A stretch of DNA of 64,000 nucleotides from Candidatus Dormiibacterota bacterium (GTDB lineage: Bacteria; Acidobacteriota; Polarisedimenticolia; Gp22-AA2), in NCBI GenBank assembly GCA_035635555.1, contig DASQAT010000046.1, forward strand, positions 320,075-384,074, written 5' to 3'. The translations under genes and the position numbers were made by a program. Of this stretch, positions 18,789 to 30,308 are shown piece by piece. The notes under the pieces were generated by a model. That model searched no databases. It was not told the DNA's origin and was given only the letters and a program-made list of their open reading frames with translations. Positions within the stretch are counted from its first letter, which is position 1, and each line of letters starts with the position of its first letter.

Positions 18789-19916
18789 ATGACACGTTCC
18801 CGCGCCGCGGCCCTTGGCTGCGCAGCATGGCTCCTGGCGCTGGCCGGCCCGGCGTCCTCCCAGACGCCGCTGTTCAGCGTCTACCCGTCGTACGGCGCCA
18901 AGTTCGACATCGGAACCGAGAAGTTCTCGCTGGTCACCCAGATGGTCATCTACAACATCAGCGGCCAGACGTTCACCGACGTCACCTTCAAGCAGACGTA
19001 TCCCGACGGGGTGTCGGTCAAGGAGACGTACCAGCGCGACGTGGGAACCGAGGCGACGGGAGAGCAGTCCTCCGCGCGCAAGGTGGAGAACAACGTCTTC
19101 TTCGCGTCGATGCCGACGTTCAAGAACCGGATGTACGCCGTCATCCCGAACGAGCTCGTGCTGGCGCGCCGCCTCAACGAGATCACCTTCCCCGGCATCG
19201 AGATTTCCTACACCGATCCGAGCGGACAGAAGCAGACCGCCAAGATGCAGGACAACACCTACGATCTGTTCATCTATTCCAACGTGGTCGGCGGCCTCGA
19301 GCGCTTCCTGCACAAATACAACAACATGACCTTCGACTTCGGCAAGGCGGTGCCCAACCGCAAGGAATGGGAGTTCGCTCCGATCGCGGCGAGCGCGCAG
19401 GGGCGCTTCCCGACCGGCATCATCGGCACATCCCCGGGGGAGAATCAGTACAGCGGCTATTTCCGCCTGCGCAGCGGTCCGGCGGGTGACAACATTCAAA
19501 TCGTGGTCGCCTACAAGTCGGTCCAGAAACACGAGCGCGTCAAGGACCAGGAGGAGCTCCTGAAGCGCCTGCGCGAGTACCTGCGCTGGTGCGGAGAATT
19601 CGAGTTCCAGAAGGACAGCCTCAAGGTCACGCAGGGGGAGTGGAAGAAATACGACGGCACATGGTCCGTCGAGGGACGCTGGCTCGACACGGTCAAGAGC
19701 CGCCTGGGCGAAGGCCCTTTCAGGGGGAAGGTCTTCTGGGGCGGGCGGGAGGACGTCGAGTACTACGTCCTGGCGCTGGCGCACGGCCGCGCCCTCGGAA
19801 CGGACAGCGTCAACCCGAATCCGGAGAAGGAAGCGGCCCTCGTCGGGGAGATCGACAAGCTGCTCGACACGTTCAAGTCGTCGATCGTACCCCTTGCGTC
19901 CGACAAACGGCGCTAG
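18789..19916 (+). CDS. Secreted hypothetical protein (signal peptide, no recognised domain)
   Basis: N-terminal signal peptide MTRSRAAALGCAAWLLALAGPASSQ. Long non-repetitive ORF with genome-typical codon usage. Confidence 0.6.
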   Translation: MTRSRAAALGCAAWLLALAGPASSQTPLFSVYPSYGAKFDIGTEKFSLVTQMVIYNISGQTFTDVTFKQTYPDGVSVKETYQRDVGTEATGEQSSARKVENNVFFASMPTFKNRMYAVIPNELVLARRLNEITFPGIEISYTDPSGQKQTAKMQDNTYDLFIYSNVVGGLERFLHKYNNMTFDFGKAVPNRKEWEFAPIAASAQGRFPTGIIGTSPGENQYSGYFRLRSGPAGDNIQIVVAYKSVQKHERVKDQEELLKRLREYLRWCGEFEFQKDSLKVTQGEWKKYDGTWSVEGRWLDTVKSRLGEGPFRGKVFWGGREDVEYYVLALAHGRALGTDSVNPNPEKEAALVGEIDKLLDTFKSSIVPLASDKRR

Positions 19917-19931
19917 CGGACTGGCCCACCC

Positions 19932-20753
19932 TCAGGATTGCCGGGGCGGTGTCCGAACCGGCGGGCTCGATGACGGTTCCGGGGAAGGGGGCGGAGCGGC
20001 GGGTGAATCGACCGGCGGACCGCCGGACACCTCGTCCGTCGTGAACGTCTCGATGCGCGCCGATTCCGACCACGATCCTTTCGGCAGGGCCGCCTGGGAG
20101 CACAACTCGTCGAGGGTTCTTTCTGCTGTCCAGCCCTGTCGGGAGGCGATCCCAGGAAGGAAGAGCGCCCGACGCCCCCACTTTTCGAGAAACACCCCCT
20201 CGCTCTCCACGTGGATGTCGGAGGGTCCCGCCACCTTCCGGCGTACGCCGATGATGGACAAAGACACCGTGAGGCTCCCGAGGTCCCGCTCCGTCAAGGG
20301 CAGGAAGCGCGGATCGCGGGTCGCGGCCCGTCGTGTGAAGACAATCACCTGTTGATAGAGCGGGCGCGTCGGCTCGATCTCCCCCTGCAGACCCCGGACC
20401 TGGTCCCCCTTCTTGAGCGTGACGAACAGGCCCCGTGGCGTCATGAGACACGGCGTGAACGTGTAGACCTCCAGGTCGGCGTCTTTGATCGGGTGGTCGG
20501 TCAGGTGACCGGACAGAGTGCGCCACGCGAGCCGGAGAAGAATGTCGCGCTCGCCCGCCTCCAGGGGTCGTGACAGGCAGTCAACCGCGGGAGGCGTAGC
20601 GGGCGAAGGGGACGGAGCCGGTGACTCGGTGGGTCGGCTCTCCCCGGCAGGAGTGGCGGCGGGTACCGGCGCCGGGGCATCCCGGGCGTGCGCGGCACCG
20701 CCGCGCGCCAGGACCGCGAAGAAAACGATCGCCGGTGCGAGTCGTCGCCTCAC
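19932..20753 (-). CDS. AMMECR1-domain protein with N-terminal signal peptide and Pro-rich flanks; conserved Cys of the RGCIG motif is replaced (VRGLQG)
   Basis: GLFVTLKKGDQVRGLQGEIEP..LY..DPRF.PLT..SLTVSLSII..RALFLPGIA...W....LC..A.LP..SW aligns with the AMMECR1 core from memory. Signal peptide MRRRLAPAIVFFAVLARGGAAHA. Confidence 0.55.
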   Translation of the reverse strand: MRRRLAPAIVFFAVLARGGAAHARDAPAPVPAATPAGESRPTESPAPSPSPATPPAVDCLSRPLEAGERDILLRLAWRTLSGHLTDHPIKDADLEVYTFTPCLMTPRGLFVTLKKGDQVRGLQGEIEPTRPLYQQVIVFTRRAATRDPRFLPLTERDLGSLTVSLSIIGVRRKVAGPSDIHVESEGVFLEKWGRRALFLPGIASRQGWTAERTLDELCSQAALPKGSWSESARIETFTTDEVSGGPPVDSPAAPPPSPEPSSSPPVRTPPRQS

Positions 20754-20823
20754 GGGGCGCTACTCTAGCATTCGCAGGTTGCTCCGACAAGGACGATCGA
20801 GGCGGCGCGCAGCGGCGGGTGCG

Positions 20824-20851
20824 TTGACGCCCGGAAACGCTGTGCTATAAT
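20824..20851 (+). promoter_or_regulatory. Strong sigma70-like promoter for glnA (TTGACG-16-TATAAT)
   Basis: Hexamers at 20824-20829 and 20846-20851. RBS GAAGGAG lies before ATG 20905. Confidence 0.5.
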
Positions 20852-20904
20852 CCGCCCCCTCTTCTTGGCCCGGACCCCTCTCTACGAAGGAGACGCCAGA
20901 CCCC

Positions 20905-22320
<1,416 letters not shown>

Positions 22321-22395
22321 GCGGAACCCGGGGCCTTCACCCGCGCGGGTGGCTTAGGATGGCACCCTGGCGCCGCCGGCGCGGGGAGGAAGTCC

Positions 22396-25380
22396 TTGGA
22401 AGAGGCCGCTCTCAAGGCCCTTTTATCCGAATACCTGCCGCGGGCCGAGGTGTCGCGCCTGGCCGCGGAGGTGCAGCGGCTTCCGGATCCCGCCTCGGCC
22501 TTGCGGGCCCTGGAGGCGTTGCGGGCGGAGACGAATCGTCCCATCGACCCGGCCCGCCTCCCGAATCTTCTGACGCTGGCCGGGTTCAGCCCCTACCTCT
22601 CGTCCCTGCTGGTCCAGAATCCGGAATTCCTGGAGGCCATTCCTGCGGGTGGGCTGCCGCGTGAACCACGCACTCGCGAGGATCTCGAGCAGGATCTGGC
22701 ACGCTCCATCCACCTGAATTCGGGTCAGGACCCATCGCTCGTCCTGCGCCGCTTCATGAAGCGCGAGCTCCTGTGTGTGGCGCTCGCCGATCTCCTGTCG
22801 GTCGCGGATCTGCCGGCCGTGACGGGCGCCCTGTCGCTCCTGGCGGACGTGCTCCTGGATCGGGCGCTCCTCATGGCGCGAGCCCCCCTGGAGGCGCGCT
22901 ACGGCAGGCCGACCTGCCGCGACGATCAGGGCCACCTCGCGGAATCCACGTTCACGATCCTGGCTCTCGGGAAGCTGGGGGGCCGGGAGCTCAACTACAG
23001 CAGCGATATCGACCTCCTGTATGTGTTCTCGCGGGACGGGGAGACGTCCGGCGCCGAGGCGTCGGGCGCCGCGTCCATCGGCAACAAGGAATTCTTCGCC
23101 CGGCTGGCCTCCGACGTGACCCGTCTCATCTCGGGCTCGGGACCCGAGGGGCACGCGTTCCGGGTCGACCTGGATCTGCGGCCCGGTGGCCGCGACGGCG
23201 ACATCGTCATTCCGCTCTCCGCCGCGATCGCCTATTACCGCAACTGGGCGGAGGCCTGGGAGCGGCAGGCGCTCATCAAGTCGCGACCCGCGGCAGGGGA
23301 CCTGGAGCTCGGGCGTCGTTTCACATCCGGGGTCGAGCCCCTCGTCTACCGCCCCGATCCGGACCCCTACCTCATCCTGGAGATCGTCCAGATGAAGGAC
23401 CGGATCGACGCGCGGCTCAGTGAAGAGGGACGATCCGACAGGGACATCAAGCTGGGACGCGGCGGGATCCGGGAGCTGGAGTTCGCCGTGCAGGCGCTCC
23501 AGCTGCAGCATGGCGGAAGGGATCCGTGGCTGCGCCAGGGCAACACCCTCCTGGCCCTGCATCGTTTGGCCGACAAGGGCTTTGTCGAGTACGAGGAGTA
23601 CGCCGCATTGAACAAGGCGTACGTTTTCCTGCGCAACCTCGAGCACCGCCTGCAGCTCGGGCAGAACAGGAAGACGGCCACCCTGCCCCGGCGGATCGAG
23701 GAGCTCCGGCTCACGGCGCGCCGGATGCGGCTGCATGACACATTTCCAGGCCGGGAGGCCGAGGCCCTTCTTCAAGAGCTCGATCGACATCGGGAGGTTG
23801 TGCGCCGGTTCTACGATTCGGTCGTGGGGGCGGCCGCCCAGGCTCGGCTCGAGGAAGCGGAACTCGACCTGTGGCTCGACCGTTGCGACGATGACACGCT
23901 CCGGGAACGGCTGCGGCGCTCCGGCCTGACCGATGCGGTCATCGCGCTCCGTCCGGTCAAGCTGATCCGCAGGATCCTCCAGGCGGCGGCGGTGGCACCC
24001 GCGGTGCGCCGGGCGATACGCAAGACCGGACCGCTGATCCTCGCGGCCGTTGGAGAGGCCCAGAACCCGCGGCGCGCGCTGGAGAATCTCGAGAAGCTGT
24101 TCTCGACGATCGTGGCGGAGGAGGGGGAGCTGCTTCGATTCCTGTCCCGCCCCGCGCTGGTTGGACCGACCGTGCGTCTTCTGGGACGCAGCGACCTGTT
24201 CGCCGCCCTCCTGATTCGCCGCCCGGCGATCCTCAGGACGCTCGAGGACCGGGGGCGGATCGTGCGCACCCCGGACGCCGCGGACTACCGCAAGCATCTC
24301 CTGGCGGCCGGGAGTCGGGGCGGCGACGAGCGCGCCGTCGCCGCCGGGTTGCGCCGACGTCACCAGGAGGCCATCGCCATGATCGCGCTGCGCGACATCA
24401 ACCGTCAGGTCACGCTGCGGGAGGTCCTGAAGAGCCTCTCCGATCTCGCGGAGGCGACGCTGCAGGCGACGGTCGGACTGATGCGCCGCGATCTCGACGG
24501 GCGCGGACGGCGTTCCCCGCGTGGACTGCGCCTGGCCGTTCTCGGTCTCGGCCGTCTCGGGTACCGCGAGATGGACTACGCGTCCGATGTGGATCTCGTC
24601 TTCGTCTGCGAGGAGACCGACCGGAGCGGCCGGGCCCTGACGCTCGCGCGGGTCTGGTGCGAGCGGATCGTCAGGACTCTTTCGTCGCTCAGTCGCGAGG
24701 GCCAGCTCTATCGCGTGGACCTCAGGCTGCGACCCTCCGGCGGGGAAGGGGAGCTGGTCACGACGCTCGCCGGGCTCGAGGATTATTTCCGGGATGCCGC
24801 GGAGGTGTGGGAGATGCAATCCTTTCTCAAGGCCCGGCCGGTGGCGGGGGACCTCGGCCTGGGCGCGCGCGCGGTGGACACGCTCGAGGCCCTGATCCTG
24901 GGAAGGGGCTCACGTCTGGGCCCGGACGTCCTGCGCGGGGCGGTGGATGGCATGCGGCGGAGACTCATCCAGGAGACGCGTGGAGACGTACACAGGAGCG
25001 TGAAGCTGGGAGAGGGTGGGTTGTTCGACATTCACTTCATCATCGAGTTCCTGCAGCTGCGTCACGGTGCGCGCAATCCTCCCGACAAGGACACGATCAG
25101 ACTCCTCACTCTGCTGAACCGGCTGGGGCACCTGAGCGACTCACGGATGCAGGTGCTTTATGAGGCGTACCTGTTCTTCCGCGCCCTGGACCACGAGATG
25201 CGTCTCATCCACGATCGGCCGCTGCGCGGACTTCCGGACGATCCGGCCGGGCTCGCCGAGATCGGTCTGGCCTTCGAGGGTGCTCCGCCCGACCCGGAGG
25301 CGCGTGCGCTTCACGTCAAGCAGACGTTTCAGCGTCACACGGCCGCCGTCCGGGGCGTGTACGCCGAGATCATAGGGTAG
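22396..25380 (+). CDS. glnE: Bifunctional glutamine synthetase adenylyltransferase/adenylyl-removing enzyme
   Basis: Two nucleotidyltransferase domains (LNYSSDIDLLYVF and REMDYASDVDLVFV). 994 aa. Confidence 0.85.
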   Translation: MEEAALKALLSEYLPRAEVSRLAAEVQRLPDPASALRALEALRAETNRPIDPARLPNLLTLAGFSPYLSSLLVQNPEFLEAIPAGGLPREPRTREDLEQDLARSIHLNSGQDPSLVLRRFMKRELLCVALADLLSVADLPAVTGALSLLADVLLDRALLMARAPLEARYGRPTCRDDQGHLAESTFTILALGKLGGRELNYSSDIDLLYVFSRDGETSGAEASGAASIGNKEFFARLASDVTRLISGSGPEGHAFRVDLDLRPGGRDGDIVIPLSAAIAYYRNWAEAWERQALIKSRPAAGDLELGRRFTSGVEPLVYRPDPDPYLILEIVQMKDRIDARLSEEGRSDRDIKLGRGGIRELEFAVQALQLQHGGRDPWLRQGNTLLALHRLADKGFVEYEEYAALNKAYVFLRNLEHRLQLGQNRKTATLPRRIEELRLTARRMRLHDTFPGREAEALLQELDRHREVVRRFYDSVVGAAAQARLEEAELDLWLDRCDDDTLRERLRRSGLTDAVIALRPVKLIRRILQAAAVAPAVRRAIRKTGPLILAAVGEAQNPRRALENLEKLFSTIVAEEGELLRFLSRPALVGPTVRLLGRSDLFAALLIRRPAILRTLEDRGRIVRTPDAADYRKHLLAAGSRGGDERAVAAGLRRRHQEAIAMIALRDINRQVTLREVLKSLSDLAEATLQATVGLMRRDLDGRGRRSPRGLRLAVLGLGRLGYREMDYASDVDLVFVCEETDRSGRALTLARVWCERIVRTLSSLSREGQLYRVDLRLRPSGGEGELVTTLAGLEDYFRDAAEVWEMQSFLKARPVAGDLGLGARAVDTLEALILGRGSRLGPDVLRGAVDGMRRRLIQETRGDVHRSVKLGEGGLFDIHFIIEFLQLRHGARNPPDKDTIRLLTLLNRLGHLSDSRMQVLYEAYLFFRALDHEMRLIHDRPLRGLPDDPAGLAEIGLAFEGAPPDPEARALHVKQTFQRHTAAVRGVYAEIIG

Positions 25381-25392
25381 TCGCGAGCGGTC

Positions 25393-27819
25393 CTAGTGCT
25401 GCAGCACCTCGAAATCCGCTTCGCTCGGCTGCGAGGCGTTGCCCGCCAGGTCCACGGCGACGACCTTGAGGTGATGCTTACCCAAGGGGAGGCTCGGTGG
25501 ATCGAGGACCTTCGAGATTCCGCGATCGGGATCGAATTCCGACTCGAGCCTTCGCCCGTCGAGCTCGAAGGTCACGCCGTCGTAATTGAGTCCTTTCCCC
25601 TGGTCCTCCACGCGCGCGGAGATCGACGGGCGACGCTTGGTCGAGCGGGAGCCCGGAGCGGGAACGACCTCCAGGATCTCGGGAGGGGATGCGTCCTGGA
25701 GGAGGGCAAACCGACCGTAGCGCCGGAAATGGAGCGACAGGCGCGTGCCCCCCTCCTCCAGATCGCCCCCCTCGTAGGACCAGCGCCGGTGGAACGGATC
25801 CCAGCGGTAGATTCCGAGCGTCTCGGCAGCGACGGCATCCGGGGACAGCTCGAACGCCAGGACGCCCCGCTCATCGAGGGCCTCCCCCTCAGGAAGGATC
25901 TCGATCGCGTCGGAAATCGACGGCAGCCTGTCCGTTCCCGGAGTCCTCTCGGTGCGCAGAGCGAGCGGTCCGGGAAAGAAGCGCGCCTTCTCCGGAAGGT
26001 GCAGGGAGAAGCCAGGCCCTCGATAGTCGACCGGCCGGCCAGGCTCCACCCAGCGCACGTCGAGCGCCAGGCTGGCCACCGGTGTCGGGGAGGAATCGGC
26101 GACGATGAAGAAGGGGGCGAGACCGGCGGCACGGGTATAAGCCAGCCCGGTGCCGCAGAAGAGGCCGTCACGATACGTGAGCGTTTCCAGGGGACTATGG
26201 TCCAGTCCGGACGCGAGCCGCAGCGGCGGAACCGCGGGGCCTTCGAGCGACGCCAGCACATCGAGGAACGCGGGCCAGGCGTCGACGTCGACGGGGAGAC
26301 TCTCCGCGGGTGGCACTGTCGCAGTGTCCCGCGACAGAAGGCGCCATGGGCCGGGGACGCCGTTTCGCGTCTCTCTCAGGCGGACCGCGGAAACGGCGCC
26401 TCGATCGAGGACGGGGGGAAGCGTGCAAACCCCGTCGTCCATCCGGCACGTCAGCGCACTGAAGGCACGCTTCCTGTCGTCCCAGAATTCAGCCTGCACG
26501 TCCCGGGACGGAGCGGAGCAGGCCGACGGGTCGGCGCCGTGACCGGCGGGGTCGCCGGACGCCTCGGCGGGGGAAAGACGGAAGCGCACCCCCACGGAGC
26601 CCCCGTCGCGGCCGTCCCAATCGATAGCCTCCACAGCCTTCGGCCGTCCAACCTGGATGCACACGCCTGCGCGCGATCGGTTCGAGGCGGCGTCCTCGAC
26701 GGTGATCTCCATCCGGTGGAACCCAGGTGGCAGATCGATGGCGCCCGGGTAGACACCTTCGGCTGGTGCCGGGGCGTCGAGAGGACCTGTGCCGAGATCG
26801 TTGCCCGGCAGGTGATTCAGGCGATATCCGAAGGCGGCGGGCCCCAGCCTGCTGGAGCGGTGATCGAAGATCAGGCCCGCCTGGGCATACTGATCGAACC
26901 GAAAAGAATGGAGCGCCAGGCGGTAACGGACGCCGCCGTCGATCGTCACCTCGACGCCGCCTACGCCGGCGCGCCCGGTGGCGCCGGCCGGGTCGAAGGC
27001 GCTCAAGACGGCAAGGAAGGGTCCGCTCACCCTGATCGGGTTGGACGACGTCAGGGTGCCGGGGAGACCGGGCCTCAGCGGATAGACCACCTCGCGAGCA
27101 TCTCCCTCGACGAACGTCGAGGCGGACGCAGCGGTCACGGTCAGCGCCTCGAGCACCGGTGGACGGCTGTCGGAGGGGCGGGGTAGCCCGGCCAGGAACG
27201 GATCGAGAGGAGCGTCTCCGCCGTCGCGCACCTCGAAATGCAGGTGGGGGAGACCCACACCCGATTCCCCGGAGTAGGCGATCACCTGGCCGCGCGTTAC
27301 GCGGAGCGGGCGCTCGAGGTAGATATCTCCCGGGTAGCGGGTCCCCGCTTGCGCCTGCCGTTGTGAAACGAGTCTTTCGAGCCCGAGCACCTTGTCCTCG
27401 TACCGTTCGAGATGACCATAGACGGTGACGCGCCCGCCAGGATGGCGCAGATACAGGGCCCGCCCGTATCCCCTCCATTCCACCTTGAGCCGGAACACTT
27501 CTCCGGCCGCCGCGGCCAGGACCTTGAGGCCGGTGCCGCCCCCCGTCGAGATGTCGATCCCCGCGTGCAGATGGTCGTACCTGTACTCGCCAAAGGACGA
27601 CAGGACGGCGCCGGGGCGCTCCATCGGCCAGCGCAGGACCGGGATGGCGGAGCGGCCGGAGCGTTTCCCCGGCCGGCCGGTCCGGGTCGCCGCCGGCCCC
27701 TTCGGGGCGTCGTCGCCGGCGGCGGTGAAGGCGACCCCGCATAGAAGGGTCGTGAACGCAATAGAGAGGCGCAGGATCGGCCTGGCAGTCCGGCGGGGAG
27801 GTCGCGAAGATCGCCGCAT
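25393..27819 (-). CDS. Large exported M23-family (LytM-like) metallopeptidase-domain protein
   Basis: HAGIDIS (HxxxD) and LPHLHFEV (HxH) motifs. Signal peptide from the internal start MRRSSRPPRRTARPILRLSIAFTTLLCGVAFTAAG (27819). The track N-terminal extension would overlap the divergent gene. Confidence 0.7.
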   Translation of the reverse strand: MRRSSRPPRRTARPILRLSIAFTTLLCGVAFTAAGDDAPKGPAATRTGRPGKRSGRSAIPVLRWPMERPGAVLSSFGEYRYDHLHAGIDISTGGGTGLKVLAAAAGEVFRLKVEWRGYGRALYLRHPGGRVTVYGHLERYEDKVLGLERLVSQRQAQAGTRYPGDIYLERPLRVTRGQVIAYSGESGVGLPHLHFEVRDGGDAPLDPFLAGLPRPSDSRPPVLEALTVTAASASTFVEGDAREVVYPLRPGLPGTLTSSNPIRVSGPFLAVLSAFDPAGATGRAGVGGVEVTIDGGVRYRLALHSFRFDQYAQAGLIFDHRSSRLGPAAFGYRLNHLPGNDLGTGPLDAPAPAEGVYPGAIDLPPGFHRMEITVEDAASNRSRAGVCIQVGRPKAVEAIDWDGRDGGSVGVRFRLSPAEASGDPAGHGADPSACSAPSRDVQAEFWDDRKRAFSALTCRMDDGVCTLPPVLDRGAVSAVRLRETRNGVPGPWRLLSRDTATVPPAESLPVDVDAWPAFLDVLASLEGPAVPPLRLASGLDHSPLETLTYRDGLFCGTGLAYTRAAGLAPFFIVADSSPTPVASLALDVRWVEPGRPVDYRGPGFSLHLPEKARFFPGPLALRTERTPGTDRLPSISDAIEILPEGEALDERGVLAFELSPDAVAAETLGIYRWDPFHRRWSYEGGDLEEGGTRLSLHFRRYGRFALLQDASPPEILEVVPAPGSRSTKRRPSISARVEDQGKGLNYDGVTFELDGRRLESEFDPDRGISKVLDPPSLPLGKHHLKVVAVDLAGNASQPSEADFEVLQH

Positions 27820-27869
27820 GGAAACCGCATTGTAGCGAGAAAAGGTCCGGCCGCCTCTCACGCAAATGT

Positions 27870-27898
27870 TTGACATCATCTTTTGCCATCCATTATCA
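27870..27898 (+). promoter_or_regulatory. Candidate sigma70 promoter (TTGACA-17-TTATCA) for the cNMP/FHA gene in an AT-rich divergent intergenic region
   Basis: Hexamers at 27870-27875 and 27893-27898. Confidence 0.45.
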
Positions 27899-27946
27899 TC
27901 GCCACCGTCCCGCCCGTAAGTCCATGGCGGACAAAAAATAAGCCCG

Positions 27947-28837
27947 ATGGCAGGCGATCCCTTCAAAGAGTTTACGGTCAAGCGCAGGAAAGGCGAGACG
28001 ATCTATGTCGAGGGGGACCTCGGCAGCGAGATGTACGTCGTCCAGTCGGGCGCAGTGCGCATCTTCAGGAGTACGGGCGGGGTGAAGCAGGAGCTGGCGA
28101 TCATGGAGAAGGGAGACTTCTTCGGAGAGATCGCCGTCCTGGAGGGTCTGCCCAGGACCGCGTCAGCCGAGGCGCTCGACGAGTGCGAGATCATCGAGAT
28201 CAACAGCACCACCTTCGACAAGATGATCCGCGCGAACATCGAGATCGCGGTGCGCATGCTCCGCAAGCTGAGCAACCGGCTGCAGGAGGCCAACCGGAAG
28301 ATCGAGATCCTGTCCCGCGCCCCCGCTCCGGGGAAGCCCACTGCGGGGGCACGCATCGCCGCCGTGGACATCGACCAGCCGGCCGAGGCGCCGCCACCGG
28401 CCGCGACGGCGGCGCCGTCTTCGGGTGTCTCCGCCGCCCCGAAGCCGATCGGGGAGGTGGAGGTGCCGGAGGGGGCATTCGCCCTGCTCGTCCTGGAGGG
28501 CGGCTCACGTCACTTCCCGATCACCACCGACACTTCGCTCATAGGACGGTACGACCCCGTCACCGGCACGCGGCCGGAGGTCGACCTCACACAGGTCGAT
28601 ATCAACCGCTCCGTGTCCCGCCGCCACGCCCGGATCGTCCTGGCGGAGGGGGCCTTCCTCCTTTCGGAGGAGGTCGGCGCTTTGAACGGGACGTTCGTCA
28701 ATGGCCAGCGCCTCTCGTCCGGGGCGCCCTCTCCCATCGTGAGCGGGGACAAGGTCGGCCTGGGGATGGTCACGCTTGTCTTCAAGACGGCGGCCAAGGC
28801 CGCCGGACGCAAGCCGGCGGCCGCCGGCCGTTCCTGA
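27947..28837 (+). CDS. Cyclic-nucleotide-binding domain protein with C-terminal FHA domain
   Basis: N-terminal cNMP-binding fold (GDFFGEIAVLEGLPRTASAEAL). Ala/Pro linker. C-terminal FHA (IGRYDP...SRRHARI...NGTFVNGQRL...GDKVGLG). Confidence 0.7.
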   Translation: MAGDPFKEFTVKRRKGETIYVEGDLGSEMYVVQSGAVRIFRSTGGVKQELAIMEKGDFFGEIAVLEGLPRTASAEALDECEIIEINSTTFDKMIRANIEIAVRMLRKLSNRLQEANRKIEILSRAPAPGKPTAGARIAAVDIDQPAEAPPPAATAAPSSGVSAAPKPIGEVEVPEGAFALLVLEGGSRHFPITTDTSLIGRYDPVTGTRPEVDLTQVDINRSVSRRHARIVLAEGAFLLSEEVGALNGTFVNGQRLSSGAPSPIVSGDKVGLGMVTLVFKTAAKAAGRKPAAAGRS

Positions 28838-28847
28838 AAGGAGATCC

Positions 28848-30308
28848 TTGGCGCACGCCGACCTGCGCGCCTTTCTCGAGGTCCTGGAGGCGCGGCGCGA
28901 GCTGGTGCGGGTGCACGAGCCGGTGAGCGTAGACCTGGAGATCAGCGCGGTGACCGACCGCGTTTCGAAATCCAGGGACGGCGGACCCGCGCTCCTGTTC
29001 GAGAGACCCCTGGGGTTCGACATTCCGGTGCTCATCAACGCCCTCGGCTCCCTCAACCGCATGAAGCTGGCCCTGGAGGTCGATTCGCTGGACTCCTTCG
29101 CAGAGCGCATCGACGCGCTTCTCGGAACGAGCGCGCCTGTCTCTCTCCTGGACAAAATCAAGATGCTGCCGCGGCTCAAGGACCTGGCCGACCTCTTTCC
29201 CGTGTCGGTCAGGAAGGGAGCCTGCCAGGAAGTCGTCGAGAAGGACCGGCCGTCGCTGCTCACCCTGCCGGTGATCAAGTGCTGGCCGAAGGACGCCGGC
29301 CCCTACATCACCCTGCCGCTGGTGTTCACGCACGATCCGGAGACCGGCAAGCGCAACTGCGGCATCTACCGCATGCAGGTGTTCGACGCGACCACGGCCG
29401 CGATGCACTGGCAGATTCACAAGCATGGAGCGCACCACCACCGACGGGCCGGCGAACACGGCCGGCGCCTGGAGGTCGCCTGCGCCATCGGTGCGGACCC
29501 CGCGCTGGTTTTCGCCGCCGCGGCGCCGCTGCCCGACGACGTGGACGAGATGTTCCTGGCGGGTTTCGTGAGACGCGAGCCGGTGCCGCTGGTGAAGGCA
29601 GTCACCGTGGACGTCGAGGTCCCGGCGGCCGCCGAGATCGTGCTGGAGGGTTACGTCGATCCGCTCGAAAAGAGGCGCGAGGGACCCTTCGGCGACCACA
29701 CAGGGTACTACTCGCTGGCGGATGATTACCCCGTGTTCCACCTGACCTGCGTGACCCGCAGGCAGAAGCCCATCTATCAGACGACGATCGTGGGCCCTCC
29801 GCCGATGGAGGATTACTATATTGGCAAGGCGATCGAGCGAGTGTTTCTGCCGATCATGAAGCGTCAGCTCCCCGAAATCGTGGACATCAACATGCCGGCG
29901 GAGGGGATCTTCCACAACCTGATTCTCGTCTCCATGCGCAAGCGCTATCCGGGCCACGCGCGCAAGGTCATGCACGCCATCTGGGGGATGGGACAGGCGA
30001 TGTTCAGCAAGGTCATCGTCGTGGTGGACGAGAATGTGAACGTCCAGGACCCGCGCGAAACGACCTGGAAGGTACTCAACCACATCGACCCCGAGAGAGA
30101 CATCGAATTCGTGCTCGGACCGGTCGACGTCCTCGACCACTCGTCGCGTCTGCCGCAGTACGGCTCCCACATGGGCGTCGACGCGACGCGCAAGGGGCCC
30201 TCGGAGGGATTCCACCGCGAATGGCCGGACGAGATTCGGCACGATCCGGCCACTCTGGAGATGATCGCCAGGAAGTGGCAGAAATACGGCCTTGCGCGGG
30301 GGGAGTGA
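28848..30308 (+). CDS. UbiD-family (prenyl-FMN-dependent) decarboxylase
   Basis: DLRAFLEVLEARRELVRV N-terminus and NCGIYRMQVFD core. Probable TTG start after an AAGGAG RBS. The track ORF starts earlier and overlaps the upstream gene. Confidence 0.7.
   Translation: MAHADLRAFLEVLEARRELVRVHEPVSVDLEISAVTDRVSKSRDGGPALLFERPLGFDIPVLINALGSLNRMKLALEVDSLDSFAERIDALLGTSAPVSLLDKIKMLPRLKDLADLFPVSVRKGACQEVVEKDRPSLLTLPVIKCWPKDAGPYITLPLVFTHDPETGKRNCGIYRMQVFDATTAAMHWQIHKHGAHHHRRAGEHGRRLEVACAIGADPALVFAAAAPLPDDVDEMFLAGFVRREPVPLVKAVTVDVEVPAAAEIVLEGYVDPLEKRREGPFGDHTGYYSLADDYPVFHLTCVTRRQKPIYQTTIVGPPPMEDYYIGKAIERVFLPIMKRQLPEIVDINMPAEGIFHNLILVSMRKRYPGHARKVMHAIWGMGQAMFSKVIVVVDENVNVQDPRETTWKVLNHIDPERDIEFVLGPVDVLDHSSRLPQYGSHMGVDATRKGPSEGFHREWPDEIRHDPATLEMIARKWQKYGLARGE

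Noticed and set aside
20754-20904. Sigma54 (GG-N10-GC) promoter for glnA.
   Set aside because: No TGGCAC-N5-TTGC-like element is present. A near-consensus sigma70 promoter is there instead.
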